Positions 61,276 to 64,000 of a stretch of 64,000 nt of DNA are shown here, one piece after another. Both the position numbers and the translations under genes were made by a program. The notes beneath the pieces are model-generated. The model did not search any database. It had not been told where the DNA came from and saw nothing but the letters and a program-made list of their open reading frames with translations. How positions within the stretch are numbered: position 1 is the stretch's first letter; every line of letters starts with the position of its first letter. Origin of the DNA: Candidatus Dojkabacteria bacterium (lineage in GTDB: Bacteria; Patescibacteriota; Dojkabacteria; JAOAGR01); assembly GCA_025999155.1 (NCBI GenBank), contig AP026679.1, positions 163,996 to 227,995 on the forward strand. Direction: 5' to 3'.

Positions 61276-64000
61276 TTATAAACCGACTACATTTCTCGGC
61301 ACATGACTCGACGAAGTGACAAACAAATCTCCATACCACAGAACATAGCGTGGATCATAATCTATATGTAGAATAGGATTTACAAAATCACGAAAATTAA
61401 TATTACTTAGACTATTATTACCAGTATTTCCACTCGCGACAATCCCGCGTGAATAGACCAATCCTCTGACGATATTAGTCCTATACGAATTTGATGTAAC
61501 AATATAACCAGAAGCCAACATAGCACCGTTATATACCGATATGGAGCTACGATCCCTAAAATTGCCCAGTATGATATTGCCTTTTTTATTAACATACATG
61601 CGTCTTTGTTGCAATTTATGGGGAGTATATGCCTGGTAAAACACACGATTCAGTATGGGCGGACTTTGCGACAACACAGCCTCACTAATCCTTCCCACAG
61701 TCATATTACATGTAACTTGGGTATCACACACCACGATAAAATTTCTGTCAAGAGAATCCACATCATCGTTTATAAATACGTTGACTGATGTACCTAACCC
61801 AGAGTTTGATGTTATTACGACAGCCTGATAACTTGTTTCAATACTACTTAGATTTAGTACTGTACTATTAGAAGTTAGGGAAATATTCTTAATTTCGTTT
61901 CGAGGGATGTTTTGAAGCACATCGAATTGACTGAGATTAATAACACTACCTAGAGACGATCTCGGATAACACCAACTTGTGACCGAGGCATTCCTGTAAT
62001 TATTACAATTCAATAAACCCTCAATTAAATAATCGCTAAGAAACGGCCTTGTACCAATATTCATATTCACCGAACGAGCAGGACTCCCTATGTATACTTT
62101 CGGGATATTTGTCACATAAAATCCTACATCACCTCCCGTAGTAGAAACCTTCAAAGGACCACCGCCAGAACCACCGCCAGAAGAACTACCGTCCCGGTTA
62201 CAATAATCATACATAGATAATTCATTTAAAGTAATCGATTCTTTCCATTTACTATCTGACGACGTTTCAATCACACGACCCGTACTGTCCTTCACATAAG
62301 CTACATAAAAGAAATTGCGTTGATTAAGGAAACGATTTAAAGAGTCGACCGTGGGAGATTGAAAATTCCCTGGGTCGAATCGCACAGTAAATAGCAAAGA
62401 GGCGTTGTTCCCCCCGTTGAAACTCACCGAGTGTACACTGACTCCCAGAGCATTTTGTTGAAAGCTCTGATCGCTAGCCACAGGTATGTATGGCTGGGGC
62501 AACATAGATGTATTGGGAGATCCGTAGTTATTATCAAAGGGTAACGTAGAACCACTATACGGATGACTACTGCCGCCGGGGAATAGGGCGACTACAATTT
62601 TGCTGACCGTCGCATTAGGCACATTTGAAGCCTGTACGTCCATTCTGAATCGTAGGTCAAAGGCATTTGTCGCCGCAGGAAACACACAATTTTCTATTCT
62701 TGCTTGGGTAACCTTAGGCTTTGAAAAAGGCACAATACCTAGATTAGTTTGGCATGAGCTCTCGGTCGCGTATGTCGTAATCCCTGGAAGCTTAAACCGT
62801 ACCCTCAACGAGTTTATCGAACCGTTGACTATATATTCATTGGATGCAATGGATGTGTAATCGAAGGTTCTCGAAAACGTAAAAACATTATTTCCACTTA
62901 TCGTCGCGACACCTGATTGGGAAGCAAGAACGACATTGTCTAACGTCGGATGTAGCAGATCAATCTGAGCATTCTCATTAGGCTTCGTGGTAGTACCAGA
63001 GAATGTGATGTTTACAACGGGATTCTCCGGTGTCATCTGGGAAGAATTCATGACCACACCGAAACATGCATCCCTGCCCTGTCCAAATGGAATGTCGGCC
63101 CTCCATATTCCCCTCTGATTAACCGGATTAGGCACCGCCGGTCGCGCGATATGTTCAGTGTTGTCGTTAGCAGTAAAGAGAGCCCTATGCGTCAGAGAAT
63201 AGAATACAGTGTCTACAGGGACATCAACCCCCACACCACTTTGCGCGTATTCACGGCTATACCAGAGTAAATTAGTTGGATCTCGTGTATCACCTACTAA
63301 ATTATTGCCCACATCCCCATCATAATCCCAATCGGCAGCCCTCGGGACCGCATTCCAATTACCGCTCGAATCTTTAACGAGATCCATCTGTAGTAGTCTA
63401 TGTACCCCATTGTTGTGAAACGTAAAATACTTACCCGCGACATCCAGGTCAGAAACCGTAATACCACCAGGTTTACAATTTACCACCCTATTGTTGTTTA
63501 TATACCAATCAAAACCAGAAGGTACCGGACCAATACGATTGGCTATGCAAAAAGTAAATCCAAATAAAATCTTAACTCCGTTACCGTTGTTATATGGGAT
63601 TTCCGTAAACGAGCCTCCATTAATTCTTATCTCACCTTTTTGTGGTTCATTTGCAGGATTACAATTGCTATGCTCAAAATTATGATTACTATTGATGCGG
63701 TTCTTATTACCTATCCAATATGTACTAGCTTTACTGATTCTGCCATTCGCTGGGTTGATATAGAAATTCGCTATAACCATACGAATGGTACACCTACTGC
63801 TCTCATTAATGTATCCTGCAGCAAAAAATAAGCTGCCGTCTGGAGCTGTGTACTGATCGATGATCTGGAACCATAACGACCTGGGAAATGAATGATATCC
63901 TTCATTAAAGTACACCCACCGACCGTTCTCATAGTAAGCATCATTGAAAAACTCTTTTGAGTCGCTCTCTCTGAAATCATTATCTTTAAAGAGACATGAT
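61276..64000 (-). CDS. Large beta-rich exported protein, 5'-truncated by the window edge
   Basis: Frame stays open from 63915 to the window end; N/G/S-rich, Gly-Ser linker, C-terminal VRGLVYS...IDYDPRY; directly upstream of pilM. Confidence 0.65.
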   Translation of the reverse strand, partial: SCLFKDNDFRESDSKEFFNDAYYENGRWVYFNEGYHSFPRSLWFQIIDQYTAPDGSLFFAAGYINESSRCTIRMVIANFYINPANGRISKASTYWIGNKNRINSNHNFEHSNCNPANEPQKGEIRINGGSFTEIPYNNGNGVKILFGFTFCIANRIGPVPSGFDWYINNNRVVNCKPGGITVSDLDVAGKYFTFHNNGVHRLLQMDLVKDSSGNWNAVPRAADWDYDGDVGNNLVGDTRDPTNLLWYSREYAQSGVGVDVPVDTVFYSLTHRALFTANDNTEHIARPAVPNPVNQRGIWRADIPFGQGRDACFGVVMNSSQMTPENPVVNITFSGTTTKPNENAQIDLLHPTLDNVVLASQSGVATISGNNVFTFSRTFDYTSIASNEYIVNGSINSLRVRFKLPGITTYATESSCQTNLGIVPFSKPKVTQARIENCVFPAATNAFDLRFRMDVQASNVPNATVSKIVVALFPGGSSHPYSGSTLPFDNNYGSPNTSMLPQPYIPVASDQSFQQNALGVSVHSVSFNGGNNASLLFTVRFDPGNFQSPTVDSLNRFLNQRNFFYVAYVKDSTGRVIETSSDSKWKESITLNELSMYDYCNRDGSSSGGGSGGGPLKVSTTGGDVGFYVTNIPKVYIGSPARSVNMNIGTRPFLSDYLIEGLLNCNNYRNASVTSWCYPRSSLGSVINLSQFDVLQNIPRNEIKNISLTSNSTVLNLSSIETSYQAVVITSNSGLGTSVNVFINDDVDSLDRNFIVVCDTQVTCNMTVGRISEAVLSQSPPILNRVFYQAYTPHKLQQRRMYVNKKGNIILGNFRDRSSISVYNGAMLASGYIVTSNSYRTNIVRGLVYSRGIVASGNTGNNSLSNINFRDFVNPILHIDYDPRYVLWYGDLFVTSSSHVPRNVVGL

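Overview
AT-rich bacterial chromosome segment in standard code 11. It is most consistent with a Patescibacteria/CPR organism, inferred from scattered core operons, gyrB without gyrA, pilMNO, a fused ADP-forming acetate-CoA ligase, a full-length ATP-dependent DNA ligase and many single-TM surface proteins. Core genes are rpmH, rnpA, topA, rnj, uvrB, CCA enzyme, trpS, tgt, pcrA, secA, rnhA, yidD, rodA/ftsW, an HrpA-like helicase, glyA and gyrB, plus three tRNAs (Leu-GAG, Leu-TAG, Glu-CTC). No transposase, integrase, reverse transcriptase, CRISPR array or rRNA was seen. Most interesting signals: (1) a 35-40 kb array of paralogous membrane-anchored surface proteins, with two intact copies sharing a near-identical internal tract, an in-frame (AAATAT)5 microsatellite, a decayed third copy and duplicated remnants; (2) a 7TM gene plus an ATP-grasp ligase fused to a retropepsin-like protease, co-oriented with acetate-CoA ligase; (3) an orphan OmpR-type winged-helix gene beside three 11-bp direct repeats and a clan GH-A hydrolase; (4) loss of zinc ligands in TGT, TopA and SecA; (5) a 1725-aa exported protein with lysozyme-like and VanW-like domains, among other glycan hydrolases; (6) widespread leaderless-type promoters. 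All family calls come from reading motifs by eye; no searches were run.
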